Source of the DNA: Candidatus Liptonbacteria bacterium
GTDB lineage: Bacteria > Patescibacteriota > Minisyncoccia > UBA6257 > 2-01-FULL-56-20
DNA length: 54,782 nucleotides
Reading direction: 5' to 3'
Assembly: GCA_016867315.1 (NCBI GenBank)
Contig: VGJV01000005.1
Location: 1 to 54,782 of the forward strand
Shown here in pieces: positions 38,241 to 47,429 of the stretch; positions within the stretch are counted from its first letter, which is position 1, and each line of letters starts with the position of its first letter. The notes under the pieces were generated by a model. It worked only from the letters and a program-made list of their open reading frames with translations, was not told the DNA's origin and made no database searches. The translations under genes were made by a program, and so were the position numbers.

Positions 38241-38552
38241 TTAAATTTTCGTAATTTCCACCTCCGTAAACGACTGTCGGTGTCCCTTTTTCTTCTTCTG
38301 TCTCGTCTTCGAGTGATATTTGAATACGATTTTCTTCTTGTCCCGTGCCTGCCGTACTACTTTTCCTTCTACCGAAGCTCCTGATACATAGGGCGCTCCG
38401 ATCTGCACCGCCTCTCCATCCGCAGTAAGTAATACTTTGTCGAAGGTAACCGAAGCTCCCGCTTCCGCGTTAAGCTTTTCTACCTTCAGCTTTTCTCCCG
38501 CAGAAACTTTGTATTGTTTTCCACCAGTCTCAATTACAGCAAATTTAGTCAT
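38241..38552 (-). CDS. rplU: 50S ribosomal protein L21
   Basis: FAVIETGGKQYKV...GAPYV...KKKGHRQ.FTE..I. Confidence 0.97.
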   Translation of the reverse strand: MTKFAVIETGGKQYKVSAGEKLKVEKLNAEAGASVTFDKVLLTADGEAVQIGAPYVSGASVEGKVVRQARDKKKIVFKYHSKTRQKKKKGHRQSFTEVEITKI

Positions 38553-38638
38553 GGTATTTAGTAAAAATTAAGCCGGCTTGCCCCGTAGAATCCCGCAGGG
38601 ATTTGTACGGGGTTTCTATGACTGCGAATTTATCCATT

Positions 38639-38992
38639 TCAGTTGACATGTATGATAGCCGCAAACCAAATGAAAATCAAGATAGCGAAGAAAAACGTGC
38701 TTCCTACGAGAAACATCCCCAGATAATGCTTCCGATCAAGGAGCGCCGCTGCAATCGCGCTATTTACAAGAAGAAATAGCACCCAAAACCCTCCATTCAT
38801 AAGAATATATCCAAGCGTTCCCACCTCCGTTATCCCTGTCTTTTCGGTAAAGTGAATGATAAGCGGCTGGGAAATATCTCGAAGGACCATATACGCCCAC
38901 CCCATTCCCACGAACACCAAAAGAAACGAAAGGACGAGTAATACGGTCGCAAGCCTATGCCTCATAACCCAATTTCCGGTATTTCTAAACAT
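38639..38992 (-). CDS. Small membrane protein (3 TM), hypothetical
   Basis: Hydrophobic segments around PLIIHF; start ATG 38992 overlaps the galT stop region. Confidence 0.72.
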   Translation of the reverse strand: MFRNTGNWVMRHRLATVLLVLSFLLVFVGMGWAYMVLRDISQPLIIHFTEKTGITEVGTLGYILMNGGFWVLFLLVNSAIAAALLDRKHYLGMFLVGSTFFFAILIFIWFAAIIHVN

Positions 38993-39998
38993 CTTTTGCG
39001 CGCGAAGATTTACGCTCCCCACGAAGGAACGCTGCTCCCTCTTCCGGAAGCACCACATTCACATCCACCCCGGTGCTCAATTCGAATCCAGCCGGAATCG
39101 AAATCTTTGGGAAAATTTCAATATGCCAGTGATAATGACCATGTTGTTCTTTAGCCTCAAGCGGAGCCGTGTGAATGAAAAAATTGAAATCTGGATCATT
39201 CAAATTTTGCTTCATGCGGCGAAGCACTCCCTGGAGCACTTCTACGGCTCCTTTGATGTCCTTAATACTCGCCTCCTCAAACCGTGACACATGCTGGGTG
39301 GGATACACTCGTACCTCGAAGGGCTGCCGGGACACGAAAGGCGCCACTCCGATTGCCTGCTCATTACCCTCTATCACGCGAGTCCCCGCTTCCCATTCAA
39401 AAAGAAGCATGTCGCAATGCACACACCGATGCCGTTTCGCAAAATATTCCTTGGAACCCTCCAAAGAATGAGTCACATCTGGAGGAACAATCGGTAGCGC
39501 CAAAATCTGATAATGCGGGTGATAAAGCGATGCTCCGGCCGAAGGTCCCCAGTTCGCGAAAGTGGATACATAGCGCGAGCATCCATCCTTCGCAAATCGG
39601 CGGTACATTTTCTGCATCATGAGAAAAAGATTTACCGCTTCGGAAATCGAAAGCTCTGCTAAATTCTTCGTATGATCCTTGGTAATCACAAGATCATGAT
39701 GCCCGATTCCTTCAAGATACGAATAAGGCCCGTTGCGCATCTCCATAGCACACCAATCTTCTCTTTTAAGCGCCGGATATTTGTTCCGTATTACCGCGAT
39801 CTGCCACGGTCCTTTCGCGGGATATTGGGCGCGCAATGGCCAATTTCCAGAAGCCTCGAGATCTTCAAAGGGACACGTAGCCTTCGGAGATACGACACGC
39901 TTCTTCTTTTTAGGCAAAAAGTCATGCGGGCGCTTTCCTCGTTCGGGCGCCATAATGATCCAATCTCCGGAAACTAAATCTTGGCGAAGTTCACTCAT
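38985..39998 (-). CDS. galT: Galactose-1-phosphate uridylyltransferase (GalT/HIT family)
   Basis: SELRQD.VSG.W.I.A.ERGKRP, CPF, NKYPAL, GASLYHPHYQ, YHWHIEIFP, GFELSTG. Confidence 0.88.
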   Translation of the reverse strand: MSELRQDLVSGDWIIMAPERGKRPHDFLPKKKKRVVSPKATCPFEDLEASGNWPLRAQYPAKGPWQIAVIRNKYPALKREDWCAMEMRNGPYSYLEGIGHHDLVITKDHTKNLAELSISEAVNLFLMMQKMYRRFAKDGCSRYVSTFANWGPSAGASLYHPHYQILALPIVPPDVTHSLEGSKEYFAKRHRCVHCDMLLFEWEAGTRVIEGNEQAIGVAPFVSRQPFEVRVYPTQHVSRFEEASIKDIKGAVEVLQGVLRRMKQNLNDPDFNFFIHTAPLEAKEQHGHYHWHIEIFPKISIPAGFELSTGVDVNVVLPEEGAAFLRGERKSSRAKDV

Positions 39999-40041
39999 AG
40001 AAAGTAGGAAATAGTGAGTAGAAAGTGGAATCGACCCGCCC

Positions 40042-40086
40042 TCATTATGCCATTCTATTTTCTATATTTCTAATTTCTATTTTCTA
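40042..40086. repeat. 45-bp direct repeat copy B
   Basis: 44/45 identical to 21310-21354. Confidence 0.9.
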
Positions 40087-40110
40087 GTTAACTTCTTGCT
40101 GGTAACAATT
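40084..40110 (-). pseudogene. Relic 3' end of a Cys-rich paralog (NCYQQEVN*)
   Basis: Matches the family terminus CYQxEVx*; separated from paralog 6 by a palindromic GC-rich element (40115-40146). Confidence 0.7.
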
Positions 40111-40156
40111 TTATCCTCCTTCGCTAAAGCTACGACGAGACTCCGCATGCTCACTA

Positions 40157-41851
40157 TCACAGAACTTCTTTTTGGTAGCATGCTTCGCAGTATACAATCT
40201 CTGGCCGCTCCGGCGCATACGAAGTCTGCATAGCCGCCCCACACTTCGCACATGTGCGATCATAAATATGAATTGGATTTAACTGTTTGATCCGGGCACG
40301 ATCCCGACATAAAGGACATTCTCGTGGAACCGGCAATCCGAACCGCTTTAAGAACTGCAATTCCATAGGGATAATCTGATAGTTTTTCCCGCAGGAAACG
40401 CATTTCAAAATCTCTTTAGTAATCGTATCCGGAATATCTTTGATGTGTTCGGGAAGCTCTACCGTCGCCTCACGATACTCTCGCGCATCCGGATCGCGCC
40501 ATAGAAAACCGTCTTTCGTAGCCTCTTCTTTGGATTTAGGAAACCATTCGCACACCGTAGCTTCGTTATAAGTCCACGGACTCATCTCGGCCGGCAGCAT
40601 TTCGCCGTATCGGTATTCGCGCCCCATGCTGTCCCGGTACGGCACTTCCATCATCTGTTTTTTAATGTGATCCACCAGCTTCAGATATTCCTCTTGTGAA
40701 TATTGCTTGTTCAAAATGCAATATTCCGTCCCGCCCCGGAGTCCCACGCACCCGAAAAGATTCCCGGAATTCATGCACCCAAAACAATATTCGATATCCC
40801 TGGACCCATAATTCCAAGCCGAAAACCGCACCTGCGAAGTGGTAAGCCCCACCCACGCGGACTCATATACCCATTCCCCGTTATCACCAAAAAAAGACCA
40901 ATCATAAGAATTCCTCGCCGGCCCGTTTTTTAAGAATTGGCAGTAGCATAAATTTTCCCCGTTCCCCAACATAAAAGACTCCCGAACATTTTTCGAATTG
41001 AAAATATAATCTCCGGAAACATTCACATTTTTGAGCCCATGGAAATTCCTACGCGGGTGCTTTAAGAAAAAGACTTCCGCCTTTTCGGCAAATTCTTTTA
41101 CCTTTTGCGAAGAGCCAAGATCTAATTGAGTTTTAAATTGTTCATATTCTTCCTTGGTCTTTTGTTCATTAAATATGCAGTATTGCTTGCTTCGAAGATT
41201 GATACAGCCAATACAATCCGAACAACCTGAGAGATCCTTAGAAAACCAAATATTGTGACAGCTATCGCAGTTATCCGAAAAAAATGCCTGGTAACACTTG
41301 TTAATTCTCACCGAGCCGTAACACGACTCTATCGAGTTCGCAAAAGAACAATCGAGTGAATCTTTGGCCTCGAGAATCGTACTCAAATAGGCGTTATTTT
41401 CTCCTCCGGTAATACGGAAACATAAGTAACAATTTTTGAGTCCTGACGCCGCATTACAATAATCGCTATTCTGCAGCGTAGAATAGGCCGTATAAAGATT
41501 CGGTAACGGCACTTCCTGAAGCAATTCTTGGAACTGCTCCAAAAATGGTCTTGAAAAATCTACGTCTCTCCCATAGCTCTTCGGATCCCATGTATCCGAC
41601 CACCATATATCCTGCCGGTACATTTTGTGGGGCGCTTCGGGATGATGAGTGGTAAAAAGCATCTCTCCGGTAAAATCACATTTGCGCTTATAGAAAATTC
41701 GATATCCCTGCCAGGAAAGCCGGCGCGTAAGCCGGCATTGCGGGCACCACGTAGGCGGTGGCACATGAATAGTTTCATAAAATGCAAAATCATCCGGCTC
41801 GATAATGAATTCCGACCCGCAACTTTTGCATTGTTTGGTTTCGGAATTCAT
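40157..41851 (-). CDS. Cys-rich multi-zinc-ribbon protein, paralog 6 (short C-terminal variant)
   Basis: MNSETKQCKSC...RTCAKCGAAMQTSYAPERPEIVYCEACYQKEVL. Confidence 0.92.
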   Translation of the reverse strand: MNSETKQCKSCGSEFIIEPDDFAFYETIHVPPPTWCPQCRLTRRLSWQGYRIFYKRKCDFTGEMLFTTHHPEAPHKMYRQDIWWSDTWDPKSYGRDVDFSRPFLEQFQELLQEVPLPNLYTAYSTLQNSDYCNAASGLKNCYLCFRITGGENNAYLSTILEAKDSLDCSFANSIESCYGSVRINKCYQAFFSDNCDSCHNIWFSKDLSGCSDCIGCINLRSKQYCIFNEQKTKEEYEQFKTQLDLGSSQKVKEFAEKAEVFFLKHPRRNFHGLKNVNVSGDYIFNSKNVRESFMLGNGENLCYCQFLKNGPARNSYDWSFFGDNGEWVYESAWVGLTTSQVRFSAWNYGSRDIEYCFGCMNSGNLFGCVGLRGGTEYCILNKQYSQEEYLKLVDHIKKQMMEVPYRDSMGREYRYGEMLPAEMSPWTYNEATVCEWFPKSKEEATKDGFLWRDPDAREYREATVELPEHIKDIPDTITKEILKCVSCGKNYQIIPMELQFLKRFGLPVPRECPLCRDRARIKQLNPIHIYDRTCAKCGAAMQTSYAPERPEIVYCEACYQKEVL

Positions 41852-41853
41852 TG

Positions 41854-41895
41854 GAATAAGGAATTAGGAATTATGAATCAGGCCTAATTCATACT
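41854..41895. repeat. 7-bp tandem tract between mrdA and paralog 6
   Basis: GAATAAG GAATTAG GAATTAT GAATCAG GCCTAAT TCATACT. Confidence 0.8.
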
Positions 41896-43791
41896 TCCTG
41901 CTTCTTGCTTCTGTATACGATTCTCATAGTACCACTTCAAAACATCCCCTCCCACAGGGATCGTGTTTAAACTCCCGTCTTTCGCATCTTCGATCAAAAC
42001 CATCACGATAAGCTGCGGGTCCTCGACGGGCGCATACCCGAGGAAAAACGCATTCACTTTTTTGTTGTTATATATCTGCGCACTTCCCGTCTTCGCCGCA
42101 ATACTAAAAGGCATATCCTTCAACGCATAAATCGTAGCCTTAGGGTCGGTAATCGCAAGCTGCATTCCTTTTTCCACCTCGTTTATTTCCCATTGAAGAT
42201 CCGAAAAATCGCCAAGTACTCTCGGGTGAGGCGCATCCATTGCAACAACCGGCTGCAGCACTTTTCCATCCGTAGCGATAATATTCAAGGATACGAGAAG
42301 TTGGATGGGGGTCGTGAGTAAATCCCCCTGGCCTATCGACACGTTATAGGTATCTCCCAAAAGCCAGGGTTTTTTATCTCTTTTTTGCTTCCATTCTATC
42401 GAAGGCAAAAATCCTTCTACTTCTCCCGGCAAGTCAATCCCCGTCCGAGCTCCTAGACTGAATTTCTTCCACCATTCTCGCAAACGCTCGATCCCGATTC
42501 CTTTCTGGCCCCCCGGCCCCGGAGCTCCGCCTCCCACCTCATAGAAATACACGTCACTCGAATAGGCGATGGCTTTGGCGAGATTCACATACCCGTGATA
42601 GCGCCAATCGTTATACCGAGTAGGCTTCGAAGGATCGAAGGGGTTCGGGATATCGAGGTACCCAGGCGCAAAAATCTCTTTCGCGGGATTGATCACCCCC
42701 TCATGGAGGGCAGCGATGCCCACAAGAGGCTTTACAGTAGATCCGGGGCTATATGCGCCTGAAACCGCCCGGTTAAAGAGCGGTTTTGAGGAAGAATTGA
42801 GTATTTCCTTTTTTTCTTCGGCGTGCCCAGGTCCCGAAAGAATATTGTTGTCATACGAGGGTTCTTGTACGAGCGCCAAAACTTCTCCGGTCTTAGGGTC
42901 CATCGCAATTCCCACGCCTACTTTTCGGCCCAAAGAGTGGAGTGCCTTCGTAAGCCGCTCATAAAAATAAGACTGAAGCTCTGCGTCAATCGTAAGCTTC
43001 AAAGTTTCACCGCGCGAAGGCGCTCGAGATTCGGTGGTATCTAATATGTTTCCCCATGCATCACGCTTTACGAGCGTAAGACCCGCGCCACCACGCAGCT
43101 TTTTATTATAAAAGCGCTCGACGCCATCTTTTCCGATCAATTCTCCGGAACTCAAAGTGGGGTCCTCGCGTAAATCTGCAGCTCCGGGAAATCCCACATA
43201 TCCCAAGACATGCGCGAACGCTTTGCCTTTTTTGTACACTCGCCGCACGCCGTCCTCTACAAGAATTGTGGGAAGCTCAAGTCCTTTGAGCATCACAAGA
43301 ATTCGATCATTCACTTCAATAGGAATAGGAATGCGCTCCCCTACGCGATCCGCATCCACTTCTTTGATCCACTTCCAAACTTCCTCTTGAGGAATACCGA
43401 TAAGCTCCAAAGCGTCGAGCGTAGGCTGCTGAAGCTCTTCCTTTTTAAAAAATTTTCCCACCTCGAGAAATACATATGGCACAATGGAATTCTCTGCAAG
43501 CACGGTCCCAAATCGATCAGTAATGACCCCCCGAAGTGGCGGGGTTTTTTTAATCTGCTCCAAATTCGCGCGCGCCCGGGCCGCATAAACCTCTCCTTTC
43601 CCCCAGCCAAGCGCAAGAATCTGCCAAACGAAAAGAAGGGCGAGCCCCAAAACCACGAACCATATATAAAAAAGAGGCCTATTCCCCAAAGGCAACTCAA
43701 CAGTTTCTACCTCATGACTTTCCACTTCTGCCACAGCCTCTTCAAATGCAGGCGCCGCTCCTTCTCTTTTTCTAAAACGTCTCCATACCAT
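41884..43791 (-). CDS. mrdA: Penicillin-binding protein 2 (class B, elongasome)
   Basis: TM anchor, PPLRG.I.DR, active-site SxxK (PGSTVKP), SSDVYFY (SxN variant), KTGSA. Confidence 0.92.
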   Translation of the reverse strand: MVWRRFRKREGAAPAFEEAVAEVESHEVETVELPLGNRPLFYIWFVVLGLALLFVWQILALGWGKGEVYAARARANLEQIKKTPPLRGVITDRFGTVLAENSIVPYVFLEVGKFFKKEELQQPTLDALELIGIPQEEVWKWIKEVDADRVGERIPIPIEVNDRILVMLKGLELPTILVEDGVRRVYKKGKAFAHVLGYVGFPGAADLREDPTLSSGELIGKDGVERFYNKKLRGGAGLTLVKRDAWGNILDTTESRAPSRGETLKLTIDAELQSYFYERLTKALHSLGRKVGVGIAMDPKTGEVLALVQEPSYDNNILSGPGHAEEKKEILNSSSKPLFNRAVSGAYSPGSTVKPLVGIAALHEGVINPAKEIFAPGYLDIPNPFDPSKPTRYNDWRYHGYVNLAKAIAYSSDVYFYEVGGGAPGPGGQKGIGIERLREWWKKFSLGARTGIDLPGEVEGFLPSIEWKQKRDKKPWLLGDTYNVSIGQGDLLTTPIQLLVSLNIIATDGKVLQPVVAMDAPHPRVLGDFSDLQWEINEVEKGMQLAITDPKATIYALKDMPFSIAAKTGSAQIYNNKKVNAFFLGYAPVEDPQLIVMVLIEDAKDGSLNTIPVGGDVLKWYYENRIQKQEAGSMN

Positions 43792-43800
43792 AGCTCAATT

Positions 43801-44238
43801 TTACTCTGCGGGCCGTAAAAATTGCACCGCAACGAAAAAAGGGAAGCTCCACAAAATCCCCAAAATAATTTCCCCCACAAAGACAAACGGAAACTCCAAT
43901 ATTACCCGGGCGTAAGCAAGGACATACCACAGTCCCACCCCAAGGCCCGCTGCCAACACGCATCCGAAAAAAGCAGAACCGGGGAAAATATCTTTGAGTA
44001 CATGCACCCCGAAAGGAATTGCGACTAGCGCAACCAGCTCTCCGCTTATGCTAGGCTGCCAATTCAAGAACCAAATGGAAAGCAGAATGAAGAAGAGCAG
44101 CTCCCGAGTACGAAGCACCGTAGCAAGAGCGACAAGAGAAAGAAGGAGAAAATTCTCTAAACCGAACCCCACTCTCCCAAACTTAAGCTGTATGAGTAAA
44201 GCAAAAAGAAAAATAATTCCCCCGCCTACAAGTCTCAT
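43801..44238 (-). CDS. mreD: MreD-like rod-shape membrane protein
   Basis: Very hydrophobic 145 aa, located between mreC and mrdA. Confidence 0.65.
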   Translation of the reverse strand: MRLVGGGIIFLFALLIQLKFGRVGFGLENFLLLSLVALATVLRTRELLFFILLSIWFLNWQPSISGELVALVAIPFGVHVLKDIFPGSAFFGCVLAAGLGVGLWYVLAYARVILEFPFVFVGEIILGILWSFPFFVAVQFLRPAE

Positions 44239-44921
44239 GATTCTGTCTTATGTAGCGCAGGATCCCAATCCGTACGAATCCGAAGCACTCGCACCTCCGT
44301 GGGATTAAAAGGAAAAATCATCTGAGCCTCTTTAAAAAGTCCGTCTCGCGCTACGCTCATTGTCCCTACCGCGCCTATAGGCATCCCGTAAGGCAGAGAA
44401 GGTATAGCGGCATACACTGCCTCCCCCGGTTCAAACACCGCATCATTTGAGACAAGCGTAAGACGCGGTTCTCCGCCTCCCACGAGGAGTGCATCTACTC
44501 CTTTTTTTCCCACACGCACGGGGTATTTCGTGCGAACATCAAAAAGAGTTTCTACAAGAGAAAAATGGGGAAAAACTTTCGTAACACGCCCAATAAATAT
44601 GCCACGAAACAATACCGGCTGCCCCACGAGCACTCCCTTTTCCTTGCCCACATTTACTAAAAGCTCGCTTTTTAAGCCGAATGGATATTCCGAATATACC
44701 TCTGCCACTGTGCCCAAAAGGGTCGAGCTCGCCAGCTGTTCGAGGATAAGGGCGTCCCGAGCGAGCTGAGTCTCCAACACGAGAACCTGAGCCGCGCCCT
44801 CCCCCGTTTCACTCGCACTTCCCTGCAACCCTCGCCGCAAGGTAAACGCTGTCTGGGGCTCTACAGTAGCCAATCCGAGTATAAACAAAGTAAGTATTCC
44901 TAAAGTATATTTTTGCACCAT
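44235..44921 (-). CDS. mreC: Rod shape-determining protein MreC
   Basis: LLVNVGKEKGVLVGQPV, GRVTKV, LFKEAQ; synteny with mreB. Confidence 0.85.
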   Translation of the reverse strand: MVQKYTLGILTLFILGLATVEPQTAFTLRRGLQGSASETGEGAAQVLVLETQLARDALILEQLASSTLLGTVAEVYSEYPFGLKSELLVNVGKEKGVLVGQPVLFRGIFIGRVTKVFPHFSLVETLFDVRTKYPVRVGKKGVDALLVGGGEPRLTLVSNDAVFEPGEAVYAAIPSLPYGMPIGAVGTMSVARDGLFKEAQMIFPFNPTEVRVLRIRTDWDPALHKTES

Positions 44922-44992
44922 GTTCGTTAGCCACTAGGACTTAGGCACTAAAACCCGAATTTCTCTACGTTCTAATGGCGAAGTGCTAATGG

Positions 44993-46036
44993 TTAAAGCT
45001 TGATCTCCAGCGGCTTCAAAGGATTATCGAGAAGTGTACGGTATCCAGCAAAGTCATCCACAATTTGCCCCAAACCTCTCGCCACACACGTCAAAGGCTC
45101 TTCCGCGACCGATACCTTTACCGCAGTTTCGCGTTCAATAAGCTCCTCGATTCCCCGAAGCATAGCTCCTCCTCCGCAAAGGACAATTCCCTGGGCGAGC
45201 ATATCTCCCACAAGTTCCGGAGGGGTGAGCTCCACTACTTCATGAATGGAATCTACGATCGTACGAAGTGATTTTTGTATTGCCTGCCGCACTTGAGCGT
45301 TTTTCACGGTAACTTCTCGAGGCAAACCGGTAGTGTAATCGCGTCCTCGAATCGAAACCTCGATGCGTCCGTCTACAGGCACCGCCGAACCGGCAGCGAT
45401 CTTCAGATGCTCTGCCGTGGGCTCTCCGATTGCCAATCGGAATTCCTCGCGCACAAACCGAACAATATCTTCATTCAATTTGTCCCCTGCGGTCCGTAAA
45501 GTCTTCGCAACTACAATTCCACCCATAGAAATCACCGCGATATCGGTCGTCCCTCCCCCGATATCCACAATGAGACTCGCCGTAGGCGAGAGAATGGGCA
45601 ACCGCGCTCCCAGCGCTGCCGCTACGGGCGCTTCTACTAAATACACCTTGCTGCATCCCGCATTCTTAGCAGCGTCCTCAACGGACTTCCGCTCCACTTC
45701 GGTTACCCCATTCGGAATCGCAAGTACTCCGCGCCGGAACCCCAAGAGCGGGGTTCGCGCCGCGCGTTTCAAAAACTGCCGAAGCATTTCTTCGGTCATT
45801 TCGAAATCAGATACCACCCCGTTTACGAGAGGTCGCACCACATTGATATGCGCCGGGGTTCTCCCCGTCATTTTTTTCGCTTCTTCTCCTACTGCTAAAA
45901 TTTGTCCGGTCTTACTATTCACCGCTGCCACCGATGGTTCGTTCACCGTGAGTCCCTTCCGCCCCAAGTACACTAAGGAATTCGCGGTCCCCAAATCTAT
46001 TCCCACATCGCTAAAAATATAATCGAAAGCAGACAT
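44993..46036 (-). CDS. mreB: Rod shape-determining actin MreB
   Basis: GIDLGTANSLVY, NEPSVA, RPLVNGVVSDF, VDIGGGTTD, GGGA.LRG. Confidence 0.96.
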   Translation of the reverse strand: MSAFDYIFSDVGIDLGTANSLVYLGRKGLTVNEPSVAAVNSKTGQILAVGEEAKKMTGRTPAHINVVRPLVNGVVSDFEMTEEMLRQFLKRAARTPLLGFRRGVLAIPNGVTEVERKSVEDAAKNAGCSKVYLVEAPVAAALGARLPILSPTASLIVDIGGGTTDIAVISMGGIVVAKTLRTAGDKLNEDIVRFVREEFRLAIGEPTAEHLKIAAGSAVPVDGRIEVSIRGRDYTTGLPREVTVKNAQVRQAIQKSLRTIVDSIHEVVELTPPELVGDMLAQGIVLCGGGAMLRGIEELIERETAVKVSVAEEPLTCVARGLGQIVDDFAGYRTLLDNPLKPLEIKL

Positions 46037-46041
46037 AAAAT

Positions 46042-46118
46042 TACTAATTGCTAATTGCTCTAATTTCTAATTGGGATTTGTACATCGGAATTTAGCTAGT
46101 AATTAGGAATTAGAAATT
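46042..46118. repeat. Inverted pair of 7-bp tandem tracts between proS and mreB
   Basis: CTAATTG CTAATTG CTCTAAT TTCTAAT ... AATTAGG AATTAGA AATTG. Confidence 0.78.
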
Positions 46119-47335
46119 GAAAGTTTTGTGATAAGCTCCTTCTCGCTAATCAGTTCTGCTTTTTCCGAATTGCGAGCCTTGAGCTCTATCTTACCTTTCG
46201 TTTTGGGACTTACGACTGCACGCCAAGGCATTCCCAAAAGATCCGCATCAGTGAACTTTTCTCCGGCTCCCCGATCGGTCTCGTCATAGAGTACACTAAT
46301 TCCCCTCTTCTCCAAAGTATGGGCGAGCTCCGTCCCCGAAGCGCCGTTCAGCTCGAGAAGATGCACCGTGAAAGGCGCGACTGACGCAGGCCAGAGTACG
46401 CCTTTTTCATCATGAAAACGCTCCACAATAACCCCCATAAGTCGTGAAATACCTATCCCATAGCATCCCATCACCACCTCGTGTGAAGCTCCCTTTTCAT
46501 CTTTGAACTTGAATTCGAAAGGGGCCGAATATTTAGTCTTCAATTTGAAAATATTTCCCACTTCGGCGCCTCGTGCTTCGGCAAGTTTCTCCGCTCCGCA
46601 CTTAGGACACGTATTCTGCTCCTCTATTATTTCCTTATTCACCGCCACGCGGCATTGTTCGCAAAGATAAATAATATCCTCCCCCGCCGGAATAAGTGTT
46701 TGAAATTCATGGGAGTATTTGGAAAAAGTGCCTCCCGAAGCAAAGGTAAGTACGGTGTCCTCCCCGAGTCCCACCCGTTCGAACACGCGCCCATACGCCT
46801 CTTGTACTTTTTCATAGTACGCATCCAAATCCGCATCATCCCGGTGGAATGAATATAAATCTTTCATCAAGAACTCCCGGCCTCGGAGCAACCCCGACTT
46901 CGCTCGCTTCTCATCTCGAAACTTCGACTGAATTTGGAACACGTACCGGGGCAAATCCTGGTAGGAAAGAATAAATTGTTTGGCGAGCGGGGAAATCACT
47001 TCTTCATGCGTGGGCCCGAGCACATAGTCATTTTTGGAATAATGACTCGTGAATCGGAAAAGAGTGTCATAGGTTTCGAATCGCCCAGTCTCCATCCAGT
47101 TCGCTTTGGGATGCAAGACGGGTAAAGAAACCTCTTCCCCTCCGATCGCCTGCATCTCTTCTCGCACAATATGCTCGATTTTTTGAAGCACTCTGAGTCC
47201 CAAAGGAAGAAAAGAATACACCCCTGCCATAAGCTTATTCACAAACCCTCCCCGGATCAGAAGCTGCGCATTCAATGCTGTCTCGTCTTTAGGGAAATTT
47301 CTGCTCGTCTTCGTAAATAATTGGGATTGCCGCAT
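46103..47335 (-). CDS. proS: Proline--tRNA ligase (short form, no INS editing domain)
   Basis: MRQSQLF, LGPTHEE, FRDEKRAKSGLLRGREF.MKD.YSF, EVGNIFKL, MGCYGIGISR. Confidence 0.96.
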   Translation of the reverse strand: MRQSQLFTKTSRNFPKDETALNAQLLIRGGFVNKLMAGVYSFLPLGLRVLQKIEHIVREEMQAIGGEEVSLPVLHPKANWMETGRFETYDTLFRFTSHYSKNDYVLGPTHEEVISPLAKQFILSYQDLPRYVFQIQSKFRDEKRAKSGLLRGREFLMKDLYSFHRDDADLDAYYEKVQEAYGRVFERVGLGEDTVLTFASGGTFSKYSHEFQTLIPAGEDIIYLCEQCRVAVNKEIIEEQNTCPKCGAEKLAEARGAEVGNIFKLKTKYSAPFEFKFKDEKGASHEVVMGCYGIGISRLMGVIVERFHDEKGVLWPASVAPFTVHLLELNGASGTELAHTLEKRGISVLYDETDRGAGEKFTDADLLGMPWRAVVSPKTKGKIELKARNSEKAELISEKELITKLSISNS

Positions 47336-47429
47336 GTGAATAGCTTATCTCAAAGTTCAAATGGCACAAGCCCCCAATACCGCTTTTCGCAGCATTGGGG
47401 GTTAGGACGCTCCGGTCAAGCCCAAGCCT

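Noticed and set aside
21352-41851. Diversity-generating retroelement acting on the Cys-rich genes
   Set aside because: No reverse transcriptase in the window and no TR/VR pair differing only at adenines; shared stretches are short and protein-motif-linked.
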